This document shows positions 13,408 to 28,173 of a stretch of 64,000 nucleotides of DNA, piece by piece (position 1 is the stretch's first letter; the number at the start of each line of letters is the position of its first letter). Position numbers and translations under genes: made by a program. The stretch lies in the NCBI RefSeq assembly GCF_009914755.1, contig NC_060944.1. One strand, written 5' to 3'. The notes below the pieces were generated by a model. It worked only from the letters and a program-made list of their open reading frames with translations. It had not been told where the DNA came from and ran no database searches. This DNA is from the human T2T-CHM13v2.0 reference genome, Homo sapiens.

Positions 13408-13905
13408 AAGAAAATACATTGGACTATATAGAAATTTCTAAAACTCTGCCCATCACAAAAATGAAAAGGCAAGTTATATATAGTCACCAAACAGAACATA
13501 GCCACAAGGTCCATCCAGAGGAGAACAAATTAAAAGTTTGTGTTATATTCACCCAACAGAATATTCCACAGTAACGAAAATGAACAAACCACAACTACAT
13601 GTAACATCATGAAAATAATCCAAATATAATGACAAGTGAAAGAAACAGACACTAAAAAGTTCATACTACATAATTTCATTCCTAAAAGTTCAAAACCAAG
13701 TAAAATGAATCAATAGGCCCAAAAGTCAGAATAGTGGCCACTTCTTCATTGTATTAGTGATTGAGATGGGGCACGAGCAAGAATTAGGAGGCTGGCAACA
13801 TCCTCTATTTTGATCTGGGGTGGTATTACACAAGTGTGTTCACTTTGAAAACATCCATCATGTTGTATACTTACAATTTGTGTCCTTTTCAATATTAAAT
13901 ATATT
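11960..13905 (+). mobile_element. Old L1 (L1M-class) ORF2 fragment plus 3'UTR, containing a (TAAA)n tract
   Basis: Degenerate ORF2 motifs (gatgcaaaaatcc, aaatggaaagatgtacaatgttcatggactgg) and an L1M-like 3' end. Confidence 0.8.
13363..13407. repeat. (TAAA)11 tetranucleotide repeat
   Basis: Read directly from the sequence. Confidence 0.95.
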
Positions 13906-14073
13906 TCCAAGGAAACGTTTTCCAGAAAACAGCAAGAATACAGAGGATTTGAACAAGACAACTAACAAACTCATCATAATGGAAACATAAAATACTCTAC
14001 CCAACAACTGCAGAAAACACATTCATTTCAAGCATGTACAGAATACTTTTTAAAAAGTGACCATATCCTCAGC

Positions 14074-14695
14074 CAAGGATCCACAAATACAGCCTGCAGG
14101 GCCTAATTCCAACCTGGCACCTACTTGTGTATGGCCTGCAAGCTAAGAATGCTTTTTACTTTGTAAACAGTTGGAAAAAAATTAAAAGAGTATTTTACTA
14201 TGTGAAAATTATGAGATCTAAATTTCAGTTCATAAATAAATTTTAATGGAACACAGCCACACTTATCCACTTACACATTTTCTTTTTTTGGAGACAGAGT
14301 CTCACTCTGTTGCTTAGGCTAGAGTGCAGTGGCTCAATCTTGGCTCACAGCAACCTCCGCCTCCCCGGTTCAAGCAATTCTAGTGCCTCAGCCTCCCAAG
14401 TAGCTCAGACTATAGGCCTGTGCCACCAAGCCCAGCTAATTTTTTTGTACTTTTAGTAGAGACGGGGTTTCACCATGTTGGCCTGGCTGGTCTCGACTTC
14501 CTGGCCTCAAGTGATCCATGCACCTCAGCCTCCCACAGTGCTGGGATAATAGGCATGAGCCACTGTGCCCGGCCCACTTACACATTTTCTATGGCTACTT
14601 TTGCACAATAATGACACAGTTATTTAGTTGTGACAGACCCAAGGCCTAAAATATTTACTATCTGGCCCTTTACAAAAAATGTTTGCTGGCCTCTC
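14074..14695 (+). mobile_element. MER58-type hAT-Charlie MITE split by an Alu
   Basis: gctaagaatgctttttac, ttaatggaacacagccac and cctaaaatatttactatctggccctttaca motifs. Confidence 0.75.
14284..14574 (-). mobile_element. AluS element with 16-bp TSD cacttacacattttct
   Basis: Full dimer; TSD copies at 14268-14283 and 14575-14590. Confidence 0.95.
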
Positions 14696-15175
14696 TTCTA
14701 GGTTATAAAGCAAATCTCAATAAATTTCTAGGGGTGGAAATTTTACAATCCATATTCTGTGCCTAAAAAGCTATTGACAACAAACAACAACAAAAGGATA
14801 ATTGGCACAAACCTCTATGTTTAGAAATTAAGAAATACACTTCTAAATAACTCATGGGTCAACAAAATATTGAAATGGAAATTTAGCAATATGTTAAGCT
14901 AACTGATAAAATAAGACTAGTAGATATTATAACTTATACCTTATAGCAGTACTTACAGGGACCGTGTAGAATGAAATGCTCATATTAGAAAGAAATAAAG
15001 ACTGCAACATAATGAGATAGGCACCCATCTCAAGAAGTACTGAAAAACCAAAAGAATCAAACAAATTCAAAGAAAGTAGAAGGAAAGAACTAATAAAGAT
15101 AAAAGTCATCATTTAAAAATAGAAAACAAACATACAATAAAAAGGAGAACCAAGATCGACAGTTAGTTCTTTAAG

Positions 15176-15562
15176 GAACCATAAAGAAAAAAAAAAAATC
15201 ATGTCCTTTGCAGCAACATGGATGCAGCTGGAGGCCATTATCCTAAGCAAATTAACATAGGAACAGAAAACCAAATACCGCATGTTCTCACTTATAAGTG
15301 GGAGCTAAACATTGAGTACTCATGGACATAAAGATAACAACAAAAATTGTATAAAAAGATGGCAACAACAGAAACTGGGAACTACCAGAAGGGGGAGGGA
15401 GGGGAGCAAGGGTCGAAAAATTAACTATTGGGTAGTTAGTACTAAGCTCAGTACCTGGGTGACAGGACCATTCATACCCCAAACCTCAGCATCATGCAAT
15501 ATACCCAGGTAACAAACCTGCACATGTACTCCTGGAATCTAAAATAAAAGTTGAAAAAAAAA
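15176..15562 (+). mobile_element. 5'-truncated L1PA/L1PB 3' end with poly(A), inserted into the older L1
   Basis: gcagcaacatggatgcagctggaggccattatcc..gttctcacttataagtgggagct..aaacctgcacatgtac; approximate TSD agtt(a/c)gttcttt. Confidence 0.88.
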
Positions 15563-18500
15563 AGTTCGTTCTTTGAAAAAAGTCTAATACAATTGACAGG
15601 TCTTTGGCAAGGTGAATCAAGAAAAAAAAAGCACAACTAAATAATATTAGAAACAAAAAGGAATCCAACTATAGATACTTAGAAAATATACGTAGCTTTA
15701 TGCCTATAAATTTGAAAGTTTAGATGAAATGGCCAAATGAGAAAAAAAATACAATTTAGCAAACACAGACACAAGATGATATATAAAAGCTATAATTCTA
15801 TGAGCTTTAAAGTAGATGAATCATAGTAGAAAAAAACATTCTAACAAGGAAAAGCCAGCTCAGAAGCCTTCACTGGCAAATTCTATAAAATCTTCGAATA
15901 ACCATATTCAAAATAATAAAATTCAAATAAAATCTTCGAAAGAACAAATAACTATTATTTTGGAGAAACTTCCATAGTATAGGAAAACAGAAAATATACT
16001 CATTTTATTAGGCTAGTACAATCTTAATACCAAAATGAGGGGCCAATCTCACTTATGAACATGCATACAAAAACCCTAACAAAATATCAGCAAGCCAATT
16101 CCATAATGTGCAAAAATAACAATATCATGACCAAGTCGGGTATATCCCAAGAATACAATTTTCAGTAAAAATCAGTCTGTATACAACCACATTAATAGAT
16201 TGAATGAGAAAAGTCAGGTAATCACCTCAAAAGACATTTAAACAAGTGTTTAATAAAATCCAAAATCCAGTTAAGGAAAAAATTCTTAGCAATCCTGGAA
16301 TAGAAGGGATCTTCCTTAATCTGTTCTAGAATACCTACAGAATTCCAGAGCAACCACTAAATGGTGAAACATTGAGAACTTGATGTGGGAGACTGTGAAG
16401 GAGAAAAGAAATGTCCCCCTACATCACATCTACCAACATTTGCACTGGAGATCCTTGCCAATACAGTAATGCAAGACACAAATAGAGGACTATGAATTAG
16501 AAAGGAAGAAAAACTGTCATTTTTTTAGATGGTATAACTGTACTCACAGAATCTCCAACATAATCTATGGCAAATGGTCAGAATTAGTAAGAGTGTTTAT
16601 CAAAGTCAATGGATACAGAATACATTCACCAAAAATCCAAATGCATTCCTCTCCACCAGCAACAAATGGTTAGAAAAGGAAATATTATTTACAACAGCAT
16701 AAAAATATAAAATAGATCTAACAAGGAAAGTATAAAGAAAGTTACAAAACTTTATTCAGAGATGTTAGTTTAAATAAATGAAATGATAGATGTGTTCTTG
16801 GACTAGAAGACTCAATATTGTTGTGACTTTCCTTCCTAGACTGACCTATGGATTTAATGCATGGCATGTATGTATCTTGACTAGCTGATTCTAAGACATT
16901 TGTAGAAATGAAATTGGCTAAAAAAAGCCAAAGAAGAACTGGGTAGGGACTTGCCTTACAGCAAGATATATCCCAACCTGTGGTAAGAAATACAGTATGA
17001 GTAAGGCACACGGGACCAGTGGAGTTACAGGAGGGCCTACCCACACAGCCTCCTGCCTGTTTGATGACTGCTGAAAATCATTCACCAAGCTAAGTGGGAT
17101 ATATTACCCCATGAGTTGGGGATGCTGACCCATAAGGTATGGTATGTCCTTTTTTCCTATCCCTATGGTGATAGTCTCTGACTTTAGTTTTAGTACTTAA
17201 GGAGTACTTTAGTACTTAAGTACTTCCTAGAAGAAGATACAGTGTTCTCAGTGGGAAGAGGAAACTGATGGTCAGGTATTTTAGGCTCCACAGACCACTG
17301 GACACTGAGGCAGTAAAGGAGGCTCCAGGATAGACAGGGTGAGTGGTCCTGCCAGGGAAAACAGTGCTGCTGCTGTACAAAGCGGATGCGGAAGGGTTCT
17401 CATGGAGCACTCACTCCTGATCCCATGCTCAATGGTAAATTTAATGGAAGACAACATCAAGTATCAGTCCTAATCAGAACCTTATAGCAGTATTTCATCC
17501 TGCTGAGCATGTATATTTCACAACCACCTAAAGTTTCTGAGTGACTCATAAGTGCCCTCTCCTAACATGATGACCAAAGCCTGGGGATTAATAAGATTTT
17601 CCATGACTGCTGACAAACTGGATTTCCTTACCACCTGCAGATTAGGAGCTGCTTGTGGAGCCCCTATCATGTGTTCCTTGACTAAAGAAGTACAGTGCTC
17701 AGGGGAGGCACACACCTAGAAGGTGCAGCCCAAATTAATTTCTTTCTCAGGTTTGGGTCCAGATGAAGACACTTCATATCCAGGGACTCTTCTTGGCAAG
17801 ATACTGTGAAAGCAAAGAGAGCCTTTTGCAGCAAAGTGATAACGCTGAAGTCCACGTGGCAACACTAGCCAGCATGCCAGCACAAGGAAGTGCCCAGTTG
17901 TTGGAGCAAAGACAAAAAAGAATCCTTAGGACACAGAAAATGATCTGAAATACCCATTTGATTTGTGGGGATGGGGATTAATCTTTCAAGGATGCAATGC
18001 AGACATCTTGATGGTCCAAAGCAGGGCAATGAACAACTGAACTCTGTTCCAATTCCTCACAGATAACCTCCAGCCTCCAGGATTGGAATATTGCCATGGA
18101 TGGGCCTACCGAGAGGCAGGCCACATTGAAAATGACAAATGAAGAATGTGCGTGGCTTAACTTACCCAGTTTGGTCAGTTATTCATTCTGCTAAAAAACT
18201 GCAAGTATTGTGTTCATAACAATGATATGGCTGTGATTTCTGTGTCCAGATTTTTGGCACTGCCTTTATCATGCAAGAAGTGGGTAACTTAATACAAAGG
18301 TCTAGAATTCAAATTTCTCCTTGACTTCACACATATACCTATAATGTGAACACAGGATGTGTACACAGAATATAAAAAGCATCTGCATACAGGTGTGAAA
18401 ACTGATACCTCTCTACTCTTAAAGAGATTCAGTCTACTGGGATTTAGGATGCTGGACTTGGTGCCAGAATCAAGTACTCTTGGATAAATTCTTTATGCTC

Positions 18501-21500
18501 TTATCAACTACATACATATTTGGAGCACAAGGGCAGTGTTGTCTGCCCTGTGGGCCTCACAGAGTGACTAAAAGGTTCAAATGCCCTACCAACCCCGAAA
18601 GCGTGTTGCAAATAGTACTGTCCTAATGAGAGGCAAGGTAAAAAAAAACCAAACAATTTTGAGATATATGTAAAAACCTTAAGAGAAATGTAAGGTATAT
18701 TTCTGAGAAACAGAATTTTTATTTTCCTACATTCCTATCTCTGTATAATATAAATACATTCTCTAAAATACCAGAAGATAGCTTTTGGGAAAAATGAATA
18801 CTCAGAAGACTCTAAAACTTTGTCTGAAAATTCTAAAGACTACAGTGAATCTTTCTGTGTCAAAAGGGGCAGAGATTTCATGTACCATCTGTTTATTTGC
18901 ATCATTTGATCAAAGTTCTGTTAAGGGCTGTGGGGGAATACAGATATGAACAAGTCGAGGCTCTGAACTGTAGGTAGTTTGCAGAAGAGGTAAAACAATG
19001 TATTCAAGAAGGCAAAAGGGAAAAAAAGCTTTAGGGTGGACGCAGATAAAATATTCTGAAGCTACAGAGAGTTCTTTTCTAGCTGAGAGAAGCCATGGAA
19101 GTCTTCATGTAGGAAGTGGTCATGACAGTGGGTGTTGGCAGAGATTCACGGTGGGAAGAGCGGAGCACTCCAGACAAATGGTAAAAATAGGAATGAAAAG
19201 ATGAGGTGGGTCTGGCTCTCTTTTCTAGCGCAGGGTTCCCCAAAGTGCACTTTAAGAGATACTAATTTAGCTGAGTGCTAGCTGGTTTGTATGAATGCTG
19301 TGCCTACAGTTAATGATTAAAGTATTACAGATAAATAAACAGAAAGACTGTGGACAGAACATGGCAAAGGACTGCACAGAGCTCCTGAGGGATTCCTGAG
19401 AGCAAAGTGAAGTCAGAGGTAGGGCCACAAAAGGAAGTGAGGCAGGCATAGAAGCCTAGACTGGATTTGAGAAGGATGGAAAGCTCTGGAATAGGTATGT
19501 ACGGAAATGCATACAGATAAGAGAAAAGGCTGAAGAACAGGTATGGGAAGCCAGATGATATGGGACTTGATGAAATGCCCTGCAGAAATTACCAGCTTGC
19601 TCTCAAGACTCTGCACTGCTGTACTTGCCTACTCCTGCTCATCTACCCACATCATGTCCTGGTCATCCAAATGAAAGCAACACAGAGCACCAGGTAAGTT
19701 TCCCATCTTTTACTTAATGGAAAGGCTGAGCTGAAGGTACATTCACTGTGTGTGTCAGTAGGAGATAAGATCTGGTGGGTGGTGAGAATTGGAAAGGCTG
19801 CAGATCTGTTGGGTGTTCCTCACAAGTTAGGTGGCCAGAAACCAAAATGGTAAAGTCAGGTAGGAAAGAGTACATGTTTTTATACGTGGAGAGAAATACC
19901 ACTGCCCATCAAAGAATGATGGAAAGAAAGGGCCTGTGAAGTCAATAGTAATTGCAATCATGATCACAATCTCTAAAACAGATCAATGTAACTGGTAGGG
20001 AATATTGCAACAGTGAATTACAAAATAATTTTAGGTTAAGAAGCCAATAAGAAAAGAAACTGTTAAAGTTTCTACACACATGAGAGAATGGGCAAGTGGA
20101 GGGTTGCCAGTGGGTTGAGCAGACCAGAGCTGCTTTCCATGTAAGTGCCTGGCCAAGGACAGTCGCCCTGAGAAGCTTGGCCCCAGCTGCTCCACAGGTA
20201 AAATTTCCTCATCACTAAGGCATCAGGACCATCCATCAAGGCTCAATCTGTACGACACCTGTGGAACCTCATACTGCAGGGCAGGTCTTCTCTTGGTGAT
20301 CTGCCAATAACAAAGCACTGACCTCATGCATCAGGGAAACCATGTGCAACCCCCTAAATCCTGTGTACAGACTTAGGAAACAGAACTTCTTGAGGGCATT
20401 TCATTAGAACTACAAGCAACATGTTTTTCCCACATTTCTAACCAGATCCCTTAAGTAAATCTCAGACAATCAAGAAGTTCTAACGAATAATGAGAGAATC
20501 AAGTGCCAGACAGGAAATAATGAAGGATAAAAATGAGAGGCTAAAAGGGGAAAAAAAGTGGTTTCTGGATATTCAGAGAGAGCTATACGGACCTTGAGCT
20601 GATCTTGTACTCTAGTGATGCTGGTGCACAAACACAAGGGTAGGGACGCTATCAGGGGTGTCCTGCATAAAGGTCAGAACAGACAACCTAAAATGCTTCC
20701 TTCACCTCTGAGATCTAGGATTCAAGGATCTGACACAGTTTCCCCCTCTGGGAAATTCACAGTTCCACAGGGATTATGAATTAAGAGGGTGTGTTTGTAC
20801 TTGTGCATTTATGCTTGAGATGTCAAAGTGGGCAACAGATAAATCTGCTAAGATATTGTACCAAAAGACAGTAATTTTCCCGTTGGGAAAAACAATAGTA
20901 GTCACATTATTTACCAGAAACACCAAGGAGTCCATGCACTGAACATTTTATAAACATTTTATGAAAAGTAAAATGTGTTCAATCCTAAATGTCTTCTTGT
21001 GTGTTCTATGGTTCAGGGTGGGATGTGGGAAGGGGAAGGCCATGCACCACCCTCCAGGAACACATAACTCCATGGAACTCCATGGAGCACCAGCAAGCAG
21101 CACTCTCTGAGGAGAGGCTGCTCAGGAAATGGTTCATTGGGCTTGGACTAGTTTCTTGAAGGTGGGAAAAGACTGATTTATATTCTATTTTGCAGAGCCT
21201 GAGCCAGACACGGAAAGGGATTTCCAAATAGTAAGAAAGTCCTCTTAGGGAACAATAGGGCATCTCCATGAATATATTTTAAAGATGGTTCATCACTTAA
21301 TTGGGCCTGTAAGTGATTCTCCTTTGATGCCTTTGGAGTCAATGATTCTTAGTGATTAGAGATGAAAATAATATACATAATAGATATTTTTTGATTATAA
21401 GATTAAGATAAAATAACAAAAGAATCATAGACAAGGGGTTTAAAAGCCCAGGAACATTTCATTTTTGATGATGAGCCCAATGACTGTGATCCCTAATTAC

Positions 21501-21633
21501 TGAACCTGGTTCTGATCTCAGTGCTCAATGTACAGTATGTAATTCTCACAACAACCCCATGAGGCCAGCACTTTATCCCTACTTCATGGAGGAAGAGATG
21601 AAGGCTAGAGGGGCTAACCGATTTGCTGTAGCT

Positions 21634-21860
21634 TAAGCTTGTGCAACCCATGGCCTGTGGGCCACATGCGGCCCTGGATGACTTTGAATGTGGCCCAACA
21701 CAAATTCGGAACTTTCTTAAAACATTATGAGATTTTTTTTTTTTTTTGCAATTTTTTTTAAGGTCATTAGCTATTATTAGTGTTAGTGTATTTTATGTGT
21801 GGCCCAAGATAATTCTTTTTCCAATGTGGCCCTTGGGATGCAAAAGATTGGACAACCCTG
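21634..21860 (+). mobile_element. MER30-type hAT-Charlie element inserted in a MIR remnant
   Basis: tgtgcaaccc...gattggacaaccctg ends; imperfect 8-bp TSD ctgtagct/ctctagtt. Confidence 0.8.
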
Positions 21861-22544
21861 CTCTAGTTCATGATTTGGGCCAACTCCTCACTGTGGCCTT
21901 GCAGGTTCTGCTATGTAATGTCCCCTGTACCCCTGATAATTTTCCCTGCTCTGATGTTAGCTCCATCTGATATTAATATAGTTATTCCAGCTTTCTCTGA
22001 TTAGTGTGAGCATGGTATATCTTTCTCCACCCCTTTACTTTTAATCTGTGTCTTCACATTTAAAGTGGGTCTCCTGTAGACAACATAAATAGTTGGGTCT
22101 TGGCTTCTTTGGCACCCACTCTGACAGTCTCTTTTAACTGATATATTTAAGACGACTGACATGTATTTTATTCATTGTCCTTATTGTTTTCTTTTTTGGT
22201 CTTCCACTCATTTGCTGCCTTCTCTAGTTTTAAGTGAGAATTTTATATGAGTCCATTTTTTTCCTCTCTCGGCATATTATAATTCTTTTAAAAACATTTT
22301 ATTGGTGGTTGCCCTGAGTATGAAAATACATTTATAACTAACCCAAATCCACTTTCAAATAACACTATACTGCTTCACAGATAGTGGAAGTTCCTTATAA
22401 GAGAGTATTCCCAATTCCTCCCTCCTATCCTTATAACATTGCTATCATTTATTATTCATCCATATGCTATAAGCATGAAATACTTGTTGCTATTACTATC
22501 TGGAACATATTGTTATCTGTTAGATCAATTAAGAATAAGAAAAG

Positions 22545-22845
22545 GGCTGGGTGTGGTGGCTCATGCCTGTAATCCCAGCACTTTGGGAGGCCAGGGTGAG
22601 CAGATCACTTGAGCCCAGGAGTTCAAGACCAGCCTGGGCATCATGGCAAAACCCTGTCTCTAGAAAAAACACAAAATTAGCCAGGCATGGTGGTGTGTGC
22701 CTGTAGTCCCAGCTATCCAGGAAGCCGAGGTAGGAGGATCACCTGAGCCTGGGGAGATCCAGGTTGCAGTGAGCCATGATCATGCCACTATATTCCAGCC
22801 TGGACAACAGACTGACAGTCTGTTTCAAAAAAAGAATAAAAAAAA
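22545..22845 (+). mobile_element. AluJ-like element
   Basis: ggctgggtgtggtggctcatgcc..gagcccaggagttcaagacc; aagaataa flanks. Confidence 0.93.
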
Positions 22846-24313
22846 CAGATTTCATTTTACTTATATTTCTTCCTTCTCTAAAGCTTTTCCCTTCTTTAAG
22901 TGGGTCCATCTTTATGACTTCTATAATTTTTTTTTTTTTTTATGATGAAGGAAAGGCAAGGCAGGTCTACTAATCACACATTCCCTCAACTTTTGTCTGA
23001 GAAGGTCTTTCTCCTTCACTTTTGAAGGATAATTTCTCTGGATACAGAATTCTAGGTTGGTAGTTTTTTGTTTTTGTTTTTTCCTTTCAACACAATAAAT
23101 ATATTATGCCACTCTCTTCTTGATCGCTCAGTTTCTGAAGAGAAGCCCTATTTATTACCCTTGCTCTTCTGCAGCTACTGGTGCCAGCATAGGAGCCCTC
23201 TGGCTCCTTTCAAGATTTTCTCTTCTTTTTTGGTTTCCTGTGCTTTGTATGTGTCTAGGTATAGACATTTTGATATTTATTCTGCTTGGTGTTCCTGGTG
23301 CTTCCTGGATCTGTCATTAATTTTGAAAAATTCTCAGCCATGACAATTTCCAATATTTCTTCTCCTTTCTCTTCCTTGTATTCTCATTACATGTTGTTAC
23401 ATCTTTTGTGATTGTCACACAGGTCTTGGAAGTTCTGTTCAGATGTTTTTCAACCTTTTCTCCCCTCTGCATTCCAGTTTCACGGTTTCTACTGACACAT
23501 CCACAGGCTCACAATTCCTCTCCTTGGCCATGCCCAGTTTACTCATGAGCCCATCCGGCATTCTTTGTTTCTGTCATAGGGTTTTTGGTTTCTAGCATTT
23601 CATTTTAATTATTTCTTGGAGTGCCTATCTCTCTACTTACATTAGCCATCTCTTCTTATATGTTGTCCACTTTTTCCATTAGTATCCTTAGCATATTAAT
23701 CAGTAATTTTAAATTGTCAATCTGATTATTCTAAAATCTCTGCCATATTTGAGTCCGGTTTTGATGCCTGCTCTGTCTCTTAGAATTGTTTATTTTGCCT
23801 TTTAGTGGGCCTTGTACTTTTTGTTGAAAGCTGGATATGATGTATTGGGTAAAATGAACTGAAGTAATCAGGCCTCAAATGTGGGGTTTTATGTTTAACT
23901 GGCTAACAGGCCGTGCTTCTTGTTTTCTATAGCTGTAGATGTCAGAGGTTAAAATTTCTTTGAATGACCTTGCTGTTATCACCCATGTTATTTGTAGGCT
24001 TTTTTACATAACTTTTCTTAAATAAGATCTGGGATGTGCAGTTCTTTCAGCTGTACTCCCTGTTACTATACAAAAGCCCTCCTGATATCGTAGTTAGATA
24101 TGGAGAAGAGGAAGCATTCTATAGTCCTAGGATTTAGTCTCAGTCTTTCAGTGAGCCTGTGCCCCTGGACTGTGACCTTCAAAAGTGCTTTTCAGTTTTG
24201 TTTTCTTGTCTCCTTCCAATTCCAACTTAGATGAGGTAGGAGACTAGAAGGCGTTGGTATTAAGTGTTTCCGTTCCCCCAGGCCAGACAGGCTGTGTGAA
24301 AATAGTTTCTCTT

Positions 24314-24906
<593 letters not shown>

Positions 24907-27547
24907 TATTTCCAAATGACTGCTTTCTCCCTTTTTCTGCCAAAGAGGGGATTTTCCTCCAGTTTTTACTGTGAGAACCTGGTAGGTATCCTAGAGGTAG
25001 AACTCACAAAAGTGTGGAGGATTGTCAGCCAGCCCCACTTGACTCTATTTAACTCTCAGATTTGCCCACACTAAGCCTCCTGCAATTGGTGAATTACAAT
25101 TTAAGTATTCCTACTGTGGTATTGGTTTCCCAGAGGTTTCTGCTCCTGGGCTTCTGTTCTGATAAGGTGTGCTTCTCTGTATCTGCCTGTCTATCTCTCT
25201 AACTTTAGGGACAGGGGTTTGCCTGGTCATTTCAATTCTCTGATGAATCTAAGAACTGTTTGATTATCAGTTAACTGCTGATTATCAGCTCGTTCTTTTT
25301 CTTGCTGTGAGGATGGCAGTGATGACTATCAAGCTCCCTACATACTGACTGGAAACCAGATGTCTCCCTATCTGAATTAAAGCAGCCTCCTTCCTGCCCA
25401 TTCTATCACTCTGCTTTACTTTCTTTGAAATACCCATTGCTATAAGAGTCTCAGCTCAACCATTTATTTACTTATTTACTGGCCTTCTCCCTTACTAAAA
25501 TTTAGATTCCAGGAGAGTGGGACCCCCAGCCCTTGACACAGTACCTGGCATGAAGCAGCCTCAACTGATAGATGTTTCCTGCTTGACTGAATGAAGCACT
25601 CCTGTTCCCAAGGGACTAATTGCTGGGCATTAACCAAATCTGTTGCTCCTTTCGACATTTCTAGAATAAGATCTCTTGTGACCATCTGTCTTTTGCTTCA
25701 TGGAGATGCATGAAAGGCCAGGGGAAGGGTGACGGGAGTGGCCTTGGGATCCTGAGTAGCCTTCTTCCACTGCCATAGTTTTGTTTGGTGGGTTTGAAGA
25801 AAATGTTCCACAATTAAAACATAAAGATTTAAAAACTGCAAAGATTGGGCAAAGCTATTTTGATATCAGCGTCTACAGCACAGAGGAAGCAGTCGGACCT
25901 ATGAGAATTCAAATGGGAGCAAAGAAGGAGGAGACTGTTAGTTCTACTAGTGATGACTAATAATGAGCTTTCCCTCTACGACAGTACTGGTAGAAAACAC
26001 AGGCGTTTCAGTTCCAAACAGGAAAATTAAGAATCTACTCATAGTCTAAGATCATTCGTGTTGCCAGGTTCAAATAAGAAATAAGAAAATAAGAAAGAAT
26101 AACCCTTTCTTCCTTCTATCTTTAGTAACACCACACTTCAAAGAGTTTATTTAAAAAATATTCTATATAAAAAAATAAGTGTACTTCCTCTTATGGCTTA
26201 TACTAAAAGCAGTCCAGTAATCAGTGAGGTGGAGTTGTAATGAAAGTATTCATGAAAAAAAAAAAAAGAGCAAAAAACCCAACAACAACAAACTAATACA
26301 TTTCAAGTATAGCATAGAAAATACTACTGTAAAGATAAATTATCTGATTTGGGGCAATGAGCGCTCTTTCCTTTTCACAGAAAAGTTCTGTGTGCTCTGG
26401 ACACCCATCCTCCTTGCTGGGCTGAGTGGCTGACATTGTGTGCACCTGTGTGCAGGAACCTAGGCAGTCGCATGCCAAGGGGTCTGGGGAGTGTGCTGTC
26501 TCTTGAGCCAAAAGGCCCTTCCTACTGAGTAGCTCAGAGGCAGAGAATGAGAGCTGCCTTGCTTTCTTACATTACCATTTGCCATTTGGTATGCATTTAC
26601 ACAGGCTGGCTCTGGCTGGCCAAAGGAGAGAAGATAAAGCAAATAAGAAGAAGATGTATATGCAAAGACCAACTTAAAAAAGGGGAAACAACGTCAACTT
26701 CTGAGGAAAATCAGTTGAGAAGAAATTCTCAAAAGCCAAATTGTTGTGAAAGATAAAACAGCAGCTAAGAGCTAATAATAGTAGGCTATAGATTTTCTTC
26801 CATCTGTATCAAGGCTTATTGTATAAATAAACGTTCTTTAGTATTCTTCAGCAACTGCTCGTGGGTGACTCAGTCTTTCAAAAACCGGACAAAAGGAATA
26901 ATACAAATCCCCTGTATCTAGGGAATTCCTCTAATTAGAAGTGGCAATGAATTAGAGAAGAAATTTGATTTTAATTTAACATCTGCAAATGACAGATGCC
27001 TTTTCACATAGTTCTCAATGTCATTCCTTTACTAAAAATAATGCTAATAACAATAATAATAAATTATCCAAACAGAACATAACATAGTAATCCATTTAAT
27101 AACCTATTTTAGTACATTCTGGTTGTTTGGTATTTTCAATGATCTTTTCTAAATAAATAATTCTTTGTATATTCAAAGGTTAACAATTTATTTTCCCTGA
27201 GAAGTTCCCAGAGCATTTTAAAGGGCATGATTTAATCTTAAACAGGTTAGTTGGCTGTGATTGGGATAAATATTTAAGAAAACTGCACATATAAAATGAA
27301 AAGAAAGAAATTTACATAACCATGTTGCAAAGTCAAACACTCTCCCTATACCGTGAGGCCACACTAGTAAGCTTAAAAGACTTCCTTTCAAACTCAGTGC
27401 CAATCCTAGGCTCCTCTCAGCCTCCCATGTGCAAATGCTCTTGTAACTTCTGGCACAACAGCCTTTTCCCAGCATTTCTGGGCACCTGCTCCAGGTACAG
27501 GTCCTGGGCTAGATGTCACCCTGAAGAGGGATGCATGAACACACATG

Positions 27548-27548
<1 letters not shown>

Positions 27549-27591
<43 letters not shown>

Positions 27592-27600
27592 CACTCACTC
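27549..27600. repeat. (CA)n followed by (CACT)n microsatellite
   Basis: Read directly from the sequence. Confidence 0.95.
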
Positions 27601-28173
27601 ACAATAGCTGCTGAACCTTCAAGAGAGCCAGCGACTACTTCCATGACGCTCTGGGGATAGTCAGGACAACTTAAGGAAAGGTACGGGCAGCTAGGAACAA
27701 GAGGATCCAAAAAAAAAAAGGCATTTAGAATCCCTGTAAGGACTACAGAGAAGCCTTGGTTCTCAACCAGCATTTCACAGCTGAGGAAGCTAAGATTCAA
27801 AGAAACGGAAAGATCTGCCCAAGACACCTACCATCTTGTGGTAGGCTTAGAACTGGAACTCTGGTGTCCCATCTCCTGTCTTACTACTTCCCCTCCTACG
27901 CTTTTCACAAATCACTGAATCACTATCATTTTTTTCTCCATGCTCGTATGTACCAGGGCTGAGTAAGTAGAGTTCAGAGGACATTAGCATATTTTCCATT
28001 TACAAAAGGGACACTCTGGTTGAGGTGAAGAGGAGGACACTTCACCAAAACTTCCTCTTGTCTCAACTGCTCCTGCTCAAGGCTGCTTCTGAACACCTAC
28101 CCTCTGGTCAACTGGTCACCAGCCAGTCACTACTATGCCTGGAAATAAACATGCCCAAACCACTAAAACTTAC

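Larger units (their letters stand above)
13935..17040 (+). mobile_element. Second old L1 ORF2 relic (endonuclease to RT region), interrupted by younger insertions
   Basis: cacacttctaaataactcatgggtc, tagatgaaatgg, gcaatcctggaatagaaggga L1 ORF2 motifs; many stops. Confidence 0.75.

Noticed and set aside
16270-16280. Perfect U12 branch-point-like TTTTCCTTAAC on the - strand
   Set aside because: Lies in an L1 relic within a U2 intron and has no suitably spaced AG
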